Below are positions 1 through 12,389 of a stretch of 64,000 bases of DNA, piece after piece. A program made the translations under genes and the position numbers. This stretch comes from Tricharina praecox (taxonomy: Eukaryota): assembly GCF_024521635.1 (NCBI RefSeq), contig NW_026250419.1, forward strand, positions 62,001-126,000, given 5' to 3'. Numbering within the stretch: the first letter of the stretch is position 1; each line of letters begins with the position of its first letter. The notes beneath the pieces are model-generated. The model was not told the DNA's origin, ran no database searches, and saw only the letters and a list, made by a program, of their open reading frames with translations.

Positions 1-985
1 AGCGCCGACCGCGCGGCACCGTGCGCGGGCACACGAATATGTCATCGTCCGGCACCGTGTCCGCGTCGCTGACAAAGCTGGTGCCGAGCGGAGGGTACTT
101 CCCCGACGCGGCCTTTGAGGGCGAAGTCTGGAAGGGAGTGCGGCGCGCTTTCGTCGGCGACACGTTCCGGCTCGGGGAAAGCGGCGCAGTCGCGAATGCC
201 TCATCGTCATCATCCTCCTCCACCTCTTCCTCTTCCTCTCCCTGGAAGGGGGCCTGGAAGTTGTCGCGCAGGAGCCATCCCGATACCCGCTGGAGGGAGG
301 GGGTGCGCCTGGCGCTGAAGAAGGGTCCGAGGGTGTCGCGGGAGCGCTTGCGAGTGTTGGGCGTGGCGGTGGATGGCGTTGGTTGCTGGCGTTTAGTCGG
401 GGTGGGCCTAGGCTTTGAGGGTGTTCGCGGTGCTGCTGGCACCGGCATCGGCGAGAGAGGCGGCGGGTTCGCGATTTGTGCGTGCGCTTCCGCATCGCTG
501 TCCCACATGAAGAAGTTGCATTTGTCGGGATGGTCTTTGGGGTGGGCGCAGGTCCAGACTTTGCCCCATAACATATATAGCGTCAGCCACGGAATGCGTG
601 GAGATATGTATGTACATTGTACATAACGGAGCACGTACACCAGCGACCCTTGTTGGGGCCCTTTTTGGCAACTTGTAGGTCCACGGCTTCTTTGCTAAAG
701 TGCGCGGCGCAGGTGAAGCCCAAAGTCAGGTTTTGTTACGCATAGATACATGAACTGGCATGAGGGGCTTGAGTAGCGGACCGTGGATCACAGTTGCCTA
801 GCGAGTCGAGACATGTCAGCCGTCATGAACAGACGTTGGACACGGGAGATCGACATACATTTCCACACACCGTCCTCGAAGAGGCCTTTTTCTCGCCTCT
901 TTCTAATGGGTCTTGGAGTTGGCGATGCTTCGGCTTCGGCTTTGGCTTGGGCTTGGGCTTGCCGTTTTGCTGACGTTGGGAACAT
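1..985 (-). CDS. GRF-type zinc finger protein (spliced; 3' end runs off the window)
   Basis: Joining exons across GT..AG introns gives MFPTSAKRQ...GLFEDGVWKC|NCDPR|KEAVDLQVAKKGPNKGRW|FWTCAHPKDHPDKCNFFMWD. This fits the zf-GRF pattern CxC...GRx(F/W)..C...C.FF.W and is followed by a low-complexity P/S/E-rich tail. Confidence 0.75.
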
Positions 986-1555
986 AGTTAACTATAGGTG
1001 AGGACTAACGGAGGACGTTATTGTTGGAGGGGAGGGGAAGGGGGACCTGTCGAGTAGGCGAGGCTGATCATCGTCTCCACGACAACACGTTGTGCGACCT
1101 AAACATGCTGCACGACAAACTCACCCCTGCCGTGACTCGTGAGACCGCAACATTTCGCTCAAGGCCTCACTGTTGAGAATATGAGTGTGATGTTTCAGTT
1201 GATTGATTCATTCGCAAAACACAGCGGATGACCAGACAGAAGGAGAAGCAAGTGTGAAATAAACAGGAGTCTCCAGACGTGCAAATATTACAAATATGAC
1301 AAATGTGCAATATCTTGAACGAGTGACGACGGTGGCTTTTCAACGAGAATCGCAACACTCACAGCGGAGGCGAGATAGGCCGCACGTGACGATAAGTTGA
1401 TGTTCTCTCTCTCACAGCGGAGGCGAGACCGAAAAGAGATAATACACACGCGGGATGACGGCCGGCAATTCTCTCTATTGAGCGTAAAACTATTTTTATG
1501 CCCCCAAACATTCCGAAAACAACCCAACATACCACCCCCCACCCGACCGCTAAGT

Positions 1556-4500
1556 TCATGAAAGCTTCATCAATCTCAGCAAGAACGTCGCCTCACCGAT
1601 CTCCTGCTCCTCTTGCAGAATCATCTTGTCCAGATCCACACCGGGGTGCAGCGGCTCCACGTGCGTGATCTCCGCCTTATCCAGCGGCCGTCTCAGCGCC
1701 TTCTCGAACATCTGTGCGTGCTGCTCGAACGCCTTGGCGAGACCACTTGGGTCCTTGAGGACCTTGTACTCCATCCTGATGTCGTCTGTGGGGAACAGGC
1801 CGGCCTTCTTGCGCAGACGCTGTACTCGGTTGATGATCTCACGAGCAAGCCCCTCGCTCTCGAGCTCGGGGTAGAGAGCCGTGTCGAGGATGGTTAGGAC
1901 ATCATTATCGGTGTTCGTCTCCATGTCCTTCGTGGCCTCGTTCTGTGCGAGTCCTCGAACGACAATGAGGTCGCCGGCAATAATCTTGACTCCAGCAATC
2001 TCGAGCTCACCAGAACTCACGTATTTCTTCACGTCTTCACTCGTGACAGAGGGGAGGGCATTCTTCACCTTGCCCATATCCTTCTTCAGCTTCTTGCCGA
2101 GCACAGGCCAGTCCGCAACCGCCTTGTACTCCACACCGTACTTGTTCTCGTCCGATGACAGGACAAGTTCGGTGACGTTGAGCTCCGAGGTAATGTACGA
2201 CTCGAGTGACTTGACATCGTCCAAGTATTCCTGATCGTGGTGGATGATGATGAGGGTCTTGAGAGGGATCTGAGAACAAATCAGCTTTAGCTCAAAGATG
2301 AGTGAGTTCGCATGACCGTACCTTCAAACCGACAGTCTTCCGCTCTCTGGAGACACGAGCCAGCTCGATGACCTTCTGCATGCGGGAGAACTTCCTCTCG
2401 ACGACCTCATCAAACAACTCTTCCCTAACCTCGGGGAATGGCAAGAAATGGACACTCTCATTGTTCTCCGGCAGGGTCTCCATGGGAATGTACGGCCTCA
2501 GGCGCCGGTAGATGTTGTCGGTCAAGAACGGTGTGAATGGTGCCAGTCCTCGCACAAGAGTGTAGAGCACTTCGAACAGAGAGTTCAGCGCGTGCATGGT
2601 GTCTTCGGTTCCGAATTCTCCCTTCAGACGCTTTCGGTTGAACCGGATGTACCAGTTGGTCATGTTGTCAATCATCTCCACCAGACGAGGAACGACGGTG
2701 TAAAGACGGTACACTAGAACCAGCTATTAGGCCGCGTCTATGGAGAGGAAGATTTGCAACTTACCAGCCATTTCCTGATTAACGAATTTCAACAAGCTTT
2801 GACAACTTGCAAGAATCCATTTGTCCATGAAATTTGTGCTTCCTACGCTCTTGGGGTTCCACTGGTAATCGATGTTCTCCAACTTCTTCAACAGCTGCAC
2901 CTGCTGCTCGAAGAAGTTGTAACTGTTCCAGAGAGGAAGCAGCACCTTCGCAACAATCTCCTTGACACCCGCCTCCTTGAACCGCAGGGTCAAGGCCCTA
3001 ACGACGGGCGAGTTGAGCAGATACAATCTCAACGCATCCGATCCGTACTTGTCCATGATCAGAGTTGGGTCAGGGTAGTTCTTCAGACGCTTAGACATCT
3101 TCTTTCCGTCCTCTGCCAGGACGATTCCGCTGACAATGCAGTTCTTGAAGGGTGCCACTCCGAAGAGATGGGTACCAAGGACAAGCAGAGTGTAGAACCA
3201 GCCACGGGTCTGATCCAATCCCTCGGAGATGAAGTCAGCAGGGAAGCCCTTCTCGAAAACATCCTTGTTCTCGAAGGGATAGTGGTTGCTGGCGTAAGGC
3301 ATGCTTCCAGACTCAAACCAACAGTCGAAGACCTCCTCGACTCTCCGCAGAACACCCTTGCCCTGCTTGCTGGGGATGGTAATGTGATCAATGCTATCTC
3401 TGTGAAGATCCGTGATGCCAGTTACGCCGGACAACTCCTCCAGCTCCTTCACACTCCCGATACAGATGACCTCCTGGCGATCCTCGGACGTCCAGATGGG
3501 AAGTGGTGTTCCCCAGTATCTGTTTCTGGAAATGTTCCAGTCACGGGCGTTGGCAATCCAGCTACCGAATCGATTCTCCTTGATGTTATTTGGCACCCAG
3601 TGAGACTTCTCGATGTTCTGCAACATCTGGGGGACGATGTTGGTGATGCGCACGAACCAGGCGGGGACAGCACGGTAAATAAGGGGCGTATCGGAGCGCC
3701 AGCAGAAGGGGTAACTATGGGTGATGGTTTCCTTCACGATGAGACGTCCCTTCTCGGTCAACATCTTCATGATGGCCTTGTCTGCGTCCTACAACAAAAG
3801 GTCAGCCGCCGCTCCTACGAGTTGAGCTGAACACTGGCTATACCTTCACGTACTGCCCAACAAAGTCCGTCACCTCGGCTGTGAATCGTCCAGACTCATC
3901 CACGGGATTCGGGGGAAGTCTCTTCTCAGAAATGATGCCATGGTCCATTGCGACCTGGTAATCCTCCTCTCCGAAAGCTGGAGCCTGGTGGACCAATCCA
4001 GTACCACTGTCGGCTGTAACGTAGGTGGCATTCAGGACCTTGAAACCGTAGTCCTTGAACTGATCATAGAAGTAGTCGAACGGGGGGGTATATTTCCATC
4101 CCAGCATGTCCTTTCCCTTGATCTTCTCCAAGACGGTGTACTTGGCCTTCTTCAAACCCTTCTCACCGTAGAGAGTCTTTAAACAGGACTCCAGGATAAT
4201 GAAATTCCGATCCTTAGCCTGGTCGTGGATCTTGAGGTACTCGAAATCGGGGTGAACCGCGATACCAGTGTGCGAGGGGAGAGTCCACGGGGTGGTCGTC
4301 CACACCAGCAGTTCGGTTTTGGGATCGTCGATCAGAGGGCAGGAGACAACGATCGCCGGGTCGACGACGTCCTTGTAATTCTGTTGCGCCTCGAAGTTGG
4401 ACAACGGCGTTGTGCATGCGGTCGAGTATGGCATGACTCGGTATCCAAGGTACACTTGGTCCTTGTCGAAGAGCTGCTTGCAGACCCACCATACCGACTC

Positions 4501-5072
4501 CATGAAGGTCGGATACATACTCTGCACACAATGTCAGCTCTCCACGATTGCAAGAGGCTGTGGCCGGTAGCCTGACCTTGTAGTCGTTGTCGAAGTCAAT
4601 CCACCGTCCCAGCCGATCAATGGTCTGCCTCCACTCGGTCGAGTACCTCATGACAATAGCCCGGCATTCCGCATTGTACTTGTCGATACCCATATCCAAC
4701 ACATCTTGCTTGCTCTGGATGTTGAGGTTTTTGTCGATCTCGTATTCGATGGGAAGTCCGTGCGTGTCCCACCCGAACCTGCGGGGAACGTGGTAGCCCT
4801 TCATGTGCCAGTATCGGGGGACAATGTCCTTGATGGTGCTCGCGAGCAAATGTCCATAGTGAGGAAGTCTGGCGGAAATCGGAGGTCAGCGAACTACTAC
4901 AATTGACTTCCCTCCCGAGTATGAACCACCAAGTCTCTCACCCTGTGCAGAAAGGCGGACCGTCGTAGAATATAAAGGGCTCTTTCCCTTCCGAGAGCTT
5001 CAGTGAAGTCTGGAACGCATCGATCTCGCGCCAGAACTCAAGGATCCTCTCTTCTTCCTTAGGGAAATCCAT
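1556..5072 (-). CDS. ILS1: Cytosolic isoleucyl-tRNA synthetase (6 exons)
   Basis: Motifs [28 protein letters not shown] (HIGH-type), [30 protein letters not shown] and [13 protein letters not shown]; five canonical introns. Confidence 0.97.
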
Positions 5073-5965
5073 GGTGTCTAGGCTCCCAGCTCTGAGTTCC
5101 TTCGAATAGTGCAGTCGGTAAACGCTCACGTATGCGGTGCGAAGTATCAAGGAAGCGATGAGATGCGATTAGGTGTAATTATACCTGGGGTATATGAGTA
5201 ACCTTGACCTTGGGGGTGAGTCTTCTCCCGAGAAAGCGGGGCACGAAGCCTTTGGTGGGGCAAACTACTTTTGAAGCATTTACCCGCCTTAGTCATCACG
5301 TGTCACTCGAGAAACTCAGGGTCAACGTCATTTGCCCATGATGGGCATTTCCATAGGTTCGCCATAGTCTAGATAGGCTGCATGCGAAATAAATTGAAGA
5401 TCTCTCTCTCTCTCTCTAGGCATTTCTATATATTGCCATGATCTAGATAGGTCGCAGACCGTCGCACGCAGTCAATGATTCAACCAACACAAATGGGCAT
5501 TTCCATTTCCCCTCATGTCCTTGCTGTCTCATACAAGTATGCTGCGCACGCGCATCAAGACATGCCGAGAAACATGCTATATATCGAAGAAAATGCTGCT
5601 CATAAAGCATATACAAAACCTATGTACAAAATACGGCCCAGTTGGTCCTTCCAGTATACGGCGAAGTAGGTGGGCATGGTATACCGTCTGTTTATGGTCG
5701 AAGAACTAGAGGCGAACGAAATGCGACCAAGATAGCGAGCCATGATCACATGTGTGAAATTACATATGGACGGAAACAACTCAGCACAGATGCCTCGTAG
5801 TGAATGTTTCAGATTTACTCGCTTTCTTCAAATCCTCCTTCACATTGTAAGTCACAGTGGTCATAAAATTCAATGATTATCCCATGATTGTATTTAAACG
5901 CGGGAATGGCATCGAAACATGGTTTCCGATTTTCGTCTAATTTATTTTTGAAGATCGAAATTCGT

Positions 5966-6419
5966 TTAGTCGAACAGACCGAAACCCATGTCCTCGTCAG
6001 ACTCCTGTATGCATGTTAGAAGAGCACCAACTGTAGTAATAGAAATATGAGAACGTACCTCCTCGTCCTTGGGAGCCTCCTTCTCGGGCTCAGCAGCGGC
6101 ACCTCCGGAAGCGGCGGCACCTCCAGAAGGAGCAGCAGCACCTCCGGACGAAGCACCTCCAGAAGGAACGGAAGCAAGCTTGGTGGATCCCTCAGCGATC
6201 AACTATAGCCGGTTCGTCAGTAATCGCCCATCAGATCCCGAATGGCGCATGGAGGCGTACCTCGTTGACATCCTTGCCAGAGAGCTCAGCGATGAGCTTC
6301 TCAAGACGGTCGTTGTCGACCTCAACACCAGCGGCGCCGAGAACGGTCTTGATGTCCTCCGCGGAGGGCGAGGTGTTACCGCCGAGGGTGAGGAGGAGGT
6401 AGGCTGCGAGGTGCTTCAT
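5966..6419 (-). CDS. RPP2: 60S acidic ribosomal protein P2
   Basis: [24 protein letters not shown]..., an Ala/Gly hinge and the C-terminal [13 protein letters not shown]. Two coding introns and a probable 5'UTR intron (GTACGT donor near 6494). Confidence 0.97.
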
Positions 6420-6656
6420 TGTACTGTCGGAATACTGTTTAGCGACAAGCAACGAGACTATTGGTCGGAAGGGTAAATAGTTGGGCTGACGTACAGGTTG
6501 TTGAGTGAACGCGAGATACAATCGATTTAACCGTTCGAGCGGAGACTGGTCTTCGTGTTCGTTTGGGTTGGCGAGAATGTCGTCTGGAGAATTCCGAAGA
6601 TGGAAAGTTGAATTTCGCTAGGGTGGGGTGTGTGGGTGCTGCTTGTGGATATAATT

Positions 6657-6690
6657 TGTGACTGCAGCTACTGCAAGCCCTTAACCCTAA
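6657..6690 (-). promoter_or_regulatory. Homol D box (CAGTCACA) plus telobox/Tbf1-like TTAGGGTTAAGGGCT upstream of RPP2
   Basis: TGTGACTG at 6657-6664 (CAGTCACA on the RPP2 strand) and AAGCCCTTAACCCTAA at 6675-6690. Both motif types are known from fungal ribosomal-protein promoters. Confidence 0.65.
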
Positions 6691-7122
6691 GTGGCAGCCG
6701 CAGTTGCGCCACTATCAAGATGAGCCACTTTCAAAGTGAGCCACCTCGGCAGCCACACCTGGCGCTCCGTGGCACTAACAGCAGTGGCGTATGAGGCTGG
6801 AATCGCGAATATGATGGAAGCGATAAACTTGGCTGGCTCGGACAACAACCAAAGAAAGCAACACCTCCCCCCCATCTCTCCCTCACCCTCTCCGTCTCCT
6901 CTTCCTCAACCCTCAGCACCCCACGCCACCGCAAAAACCCCTCTACCCCGCTCCGGGCAGCTGGCGTTGTGCGATACTCCGAAGCAGACGAAAAGCGACT
7001 CAGATCCGTCCAAATCCATCGGCTTGCGGCAACGACATTCACAACTTGTCGCGGTCCGCAAGCCCTTCTTACTCGTTCTTCAACTCGGTGACCCGGCAAC
7101 ATTCGAAATAAAGCTTGATGCC

Positions 7123-8739
7123 ATGGCAGAATCCTCGGTCAGTAACAAACCTTCGCTCGAACACTCGCAACCCCCCACCGACCGACCGCACAAGCACATT
7201 TCGCGCTAACAATTTGAGGGCGTACAGTTAACCTTCTCTGCGATTCTGAGCAAGTATGCCCCAACGGGAGGAGGCAGTGGCGCCGCGACGACTGCGCCTG
7301 CACCAAAGCGACCGGTTCCCTCGTCCACCTCCGCTTCCGCTTCCAGTGCTGCCGGCAGGGCGCCACCTCCGCAACCTCGAACAAGTACGTGCCGCGAACC
7401 ATGTGTTTTGATGTGTGCGGATTCTAACCACTCCCGATGTAGCTGCGGTTGAGTCACGACCTTCGCGAGCCCCCGCGTCCACCGGAGTGATCCGCGACCG
7501 ACTGGCTTCAACGTCCATCAGCAACAGCGCGAGCGCAGCCAGAGCAGGTACGAATGGTAGCACCGCCCCGAAGACCGGCACGAACGGCGCCGGCATCGGT
7601 TCGTCCACCGCGAGAACAGGCGACAATGGAGTCAAGAAACGCAAGCTTGACAGTATTGCCGATAGTCGACCAGCGACCGAGACCGACAAACAAAGGGAGG
7701 AACGTCGGAGATTGTTGCTCGAGAAGATGAGGCAGAAAAAGGGGAATGAAACTGCCGGCACTGGAGCTACTGCAAGGACCGGCTCTTCTGCCCCTGTTGT
7801 AAGGGCGGGTACTATGCCCGCAGCGAAGACGGGTTATGCGCCACCACAGAAGAGCGCCACTTTCTCTGGAAGCACAGGATCATCCAGGCCATCATCAACC
7901 ATGGCGCCTAGAGACAGACCTTCTGCAGTAACCAGCGGTAGCAACGGTAGCGGAGCCAAAGTGGGAGAGAAGAAGTTGTCATACAAGGAGTTACTTGCCA
8001 AAGCCGCCGAATTACATCAGGAAAAGAAGGCTCCAGGTATCATCACTCACAAGCCACGTGCACCGGTTGTGGAGAAAAAGCAATGGCAGAAGAAACTCGA
8101 AGCCCGGAACCAGGCAACTAACAACAGCGGCTTGGTTCCAAACAGAAAGAGCAAGAGTCCAGGAGTCTTGCCTACTGCTGAGAAGAGCACTTTGGCCAAG
8201 AAACCGCTCGGTAAAGATTCAAAGGCGTCACTATCCAAGAAATCCGAGCCCGACAGCCGACGTTCTTCAATTGCCAAAGGCAGAGGAGCCATGGACAAGG
8301 CTCGCCCCGCCACCGAACCCGTCAAGAGGAAACGTTCTCCTTCTCCGATCAGTTGGAGGGGCAAGAATGCATCCGCTCCCGTCAAGAAACCCGCCAAGTC
8401 CCGCAGAAGCCGATACGACGAGGACGAGGACGAGGACGATGACTGGATTGTCGACGATGACGAGGATGAGGGTGCAGGCGGATACGGTGCTCGTCAACGG
8501 TATGCAATACCCATGCGATATATGCCATCAGTTCCCAGTGCTAATCATGCAACAGGTACCGTTACGCCGAATCCGACTACGAGTCTGACAGCGACATGGA
8601 AGCTGCCGGAAATGACATCTTGGAGGAGGAAGAGCGCGCCCGGCGTCACGCCATCAAGGAAGACATCGAGCAGGAGCGCCTCGAGAAGGAGCTCAACGCG
8701 CGGAAACTGGCCACCAAGAAGAAGCTGGGCAAGAAGTAG
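7123..8739 (+). CDS. SPT2: SPT2-like chromatin protein / histone chaperone (4 exons)
   Basis: A 15-nt first exon MAESS, a basic low-complexity body, then DDDWIVDDDEDE and a spliced C-terminus ESDYESDSDMEAAGNDILEEEERARRHAIKEDIEQERLE, typical of the SPT2 domain. Confidence 0.8.
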
Positions 8740-9903
8740 ATGACCCGGATTGGAAAATCTACTTCTTGATCGACCGAATCCATTCAACTTCCATTTCGGC
8801 GAAGTTGTGCGACTTCCATTTCTGCAAAGCCGTGGGATTCTTTCTTTCTTCGGGGAATTCTTGTTTTCCCATGTCTCTTTTACTTGTTTCTTTTTTTCCT
8901 TCTACCTGCTACCTATCCGTCATTAGACTGATTTACCACATCTTCTTTTGTGTTTTCTTTTCGTTATGGCCGTCTTTTTATTTCATTTGTAGGGGTTTGT
9001 GGAGTTCGGAGAAGACGTATCGCATCATCAACAATCTGCGCGACTGGTCCCTGTTCCCTTGCTTGAGCTATTATGTTTTATTTGGGCGTACCTATTCTTT
9101 TCGAGGCGGGAAGGGGGGGGAGTGGGGGGGAGGGGGGTAGGAGGTAGGGGACATCATTTGTATGAGGGGAAGGGAAAGGGGGAAGCAAGTTTTTCGGGAA
9201 AACTTTGCTAGGTGTTCCGGAGTGCGTTCTTTCTTCATTCTTACCTTGTTCTGTTCTTTCTGTTAATCGTCTGTTTCGATCGTCAAACGTGTCCATCCAT
9301 TTTCTTCTTCTTCTTCTTCCGAAATTCTTTTCTCCTTTCGATGTTGTCAGTATTTGTGTGTTTTGATATTACCGAAACCGTGTTAATGTTGCGAGCTTTT
9401 TGTGGCTTTCATTCTTCTTCTAAATTGCTTTCTACCTATTGATATCATGTATTTGTAGAAATACCTACCTTACCTACCTAGGCCTCCCTTTGTCTGCTCT
9501 GTCTGTTTTCAATGAAGTCTGCAAGAGTGTGCTTGTAGTTACAGCTGGTTTTATTTGCCTCTGTTCTCACCGCACTGTTCATTATATGTGGATCCCAAAG
9601 TTACGATGCACATGCTTCATCAGAAAGAAGAAAAAAGAAGAAAAGAAAGAAAAAGATGTTTGTACTTCTACACTGTTTCCCTCGACACACGTTCCCCACC
9701 AAAGACCAGCCCCAACCAGACCAGACTAGCCAACCGATTCGAATCGCATTGTGGTATCTCTCTCACATAAAAGAAGGAAAAGGAAAAGGAATCGAAAGAA
9801 AGAAAGAGACTAAAGTTACAAGAAGTAATGCTCGAGAGCCGAGACTTCGGGGGCCGTGTTCAGTCGCGCACCCACCCACAACCCTCCAGGGCAACCGTAC
9901 AAT

Positions 9904-12389
9904 TCAAACAAACAGGTTATAGTAATAATCCTCATCGACGCTTCCTCTACTCGGTAACTCCGGCGGAGAGTTATGGTAGTCGTCGGTATAGCGCACATTC
10001 AGCAGACGGATCTTGAGGCCATAGTTCGTGACCATGTTCACGAGCTTCGAGGTTTCCGACGTGATGGGTTGTTGGTTCAGCAGCATCAGTAGGCCGTCTA
10101 GCCACTCTGATGCCGAAGAGTGCGTCTGTGGGTGCAGAGCTAGCAGGACCACTTCTTTGTTGGCGTTGGATTTGTTCGAGTTGCTGTTACTGTTGTTGGT
10201 GTTGGTAGGTGGATACCCGTGGATGGTGATTTTAGTGGAGGCCAGACGGCCGCCGCTGAGGGTTGGTGTGAGAGTCCCCGAGGAGGAGGAGGCGGAGGAG
10301 ATCGAGGCGGGGACGACATTAGACACTACGCTAGAAACAGTGGAGAGGTCGACTGTCATCTGTTAGCTGTGGGTCCCTGCGATGAAGGCAGTAGAATGGA
10401 GGGCCTACTCTTTTGAGGAAGCTCCTCGAGCTTGGGTTCGTATGCGGTTTCGCGTTCGTAGTCGCAGTAATGGAGGTATCGCCGGTTGTGGGACAGACGG
10501 ACATATCGCCAGGGTACCGAATGTATGTCTGTCTTTGACTCGCCGTTTCTTTGGGGTGCCGTTACAGGGAACCATGAGCCCTGAAGGAGACATCTTATCC
10601 GCTGTTCCTTGACGAACTGCATCGCCTCGGCCTTCAATTCTTCTCTTACATGCCTAAGCTTGGTCAGAATTGAATCGAGTGATGACATATGATGGACTTA
10701 CGTGAGGTGATTCCCCCAGGCATTCTCGTACGTCTGCTCCAAAATCTCCATTTGGAGGTCTCTCAAACGTGCGCATTCCATCTCCAATATCTCGTCCTCG
10801 ACGTCCTGTACATCTTTGGTCCTGTGCGCATGCCCTATAACGTGGTAGATCAACACTCGAACCAGTTCGGCAACTTTATCAAAGTCATCCGCCTCAGCCT
10901 GTGTTTCTTGCCAGAGTCTGAGAAACGACGAAAGTGCAGCGGTATGCAGCCGGGACCATTGCAGTAGGAGGGGGCGGAAGGCACGATCGTAGTTGGTGCG
11001 GGATTCGAGGACCTGGAACGTCTTCGGGTCGTCGATATCCGACTTGTCGACTTCGAACTGGTGGTACAGGAGAGCCGTGACCGTTAGACTCGCCCGGGCA
11101 ACCGGACATCTCTGCGCCTGGGGCTTTGCATTTTGCTCCATGATGACCTTCCTCCTGTCAGTCCCGTCTCCGGCGTGGCTACGATCACGGGGGGGTAGTA
11201 GTTCGTACCTTCCTAAACCCGTCCTCATCCTTCCGGACAAAATCCGTCAGGTCCATCATTCCAAGAAATCCGGCCTCCCCAAACTCCCACGCCGGCGATT
11301 CCGTCTCGAAGCCCAACCTCCGCCACTTTTCGGGATTGTGCACACGCCTCTTCGAGCCAGTACTACTTCCTCCGTCCGATTTAGTTTCCGGAGCACTGGC
11401 AAGGTGGAGTCCCTTGAGTGCTATCCGGTGTTCCTTAATTTCCAGATCCACCTTCACATCCCTCCACCGCTTCAACAGGACTTTCGTCAGAGCCTGGAAC
11501 TCCAGCAGAGGGTGCGCGAGATCCTGCAGCGCCGAACTCTGCATGAGCACGAACACCGCCTTGATGACGCCCAGATCCTGCAAGCGCTTGATAAACCTCG
11601 GCCACTCAGCATCGGTGTCATTCGTAATGGCATCCCTCATCAGCGAATTGATGAGCTGCAGCGAGTTCGCACACAGCGCGTGGTCGGCAGACGACAGTCT
11701 GCTCACCAACATCTCGAGGAACTGCGAGTGCGTCGTAATGGCCGGTTTCAACGCGCGGAACCCGAACGGTCCATTGTAGGAGCCGTGGCTCTGGTTCGAC
11801 GTGTGCGGGTGCGATACGATCGCAACGAGGATCGACATGGCGCCTCGAAGGATATTGACGAGCGGGTGCGTGACGATGAGCTCCACCACCTATGATCACC
11901 CTCCCAGTGAGTGAGCGCTGGATCTCCACACACGCGTGCGCGGGGCTTGCGCGCCAGGCACATAGGCACGTAGGCACTCACCCGCGAGATCAGATCCGGC
12001 GTAACATAATCCCAGCCTTTGTCGAGCTCGAGGAGACGCGAGAAGGAGGTGAGCGCGTACGCCAGGGTGTTCCCGCTCGAGTACAGAGCCAGATGTCGCA
12101 GCTTCCCGAGGCCGCCCTGGGCAATGAAGATCTCGGCAAACGAGGGGTCGCCGATATTCGTCTGCAGCTTGAAGACTGCCATTTTCTTGACGGCATCCTG
12201 TAGTTTTTTGACCGTTCGTCACCGGAAGTTGTCAGTCGGTGAGCTTTCTTCGTTGCTTGCGAGCTGCGCCGCCAATTGATCCCACCAGGGATAGGGGGGG
12301 GGGGCAGGAATTAGAGTTCCCGTTCTCTTGCATCCAGGAAGTACCTCATCGTTCGAGAGCCGGTCTATGAGCTCGGTAATGTCGTCCAT
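9904..12389 (-). CDS. ELMO/CED-12 family protein with C-terminal PH domain (spliced)
   Basis: MDDITELIDRL..., GNTLAYALTSF, EKWRRLGFETESPAWEF, CPVARASLTVT, VKEQRIRCLLQGSWF and WRYVRLSHNRRYLHY, covering the ELMO armadillo, ELMO and PH regions. Confidence 0.9.

Noticed and set aside
2754..3830. 358-aa plus-strand ORF (and the similar 390-aa ORF at 56849-58021 and 300-aa ORF at 10993-11895)
   Set aside because: These are antisense shadows of ILS1, PMT4 and ELMO exons caused by biased codon usage; they contain no recognisable motifs.
5073..5150. TTG-initiated N-terminal extension of IleRS (possible mitochondrial isoform)
   Set aside because: The segment contains GTGAGC...CCTAG immediately before ACACCATG, which is better explained as a 5'UTR intron. 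Fungi also normally have a separate mitochondrial IleRS.
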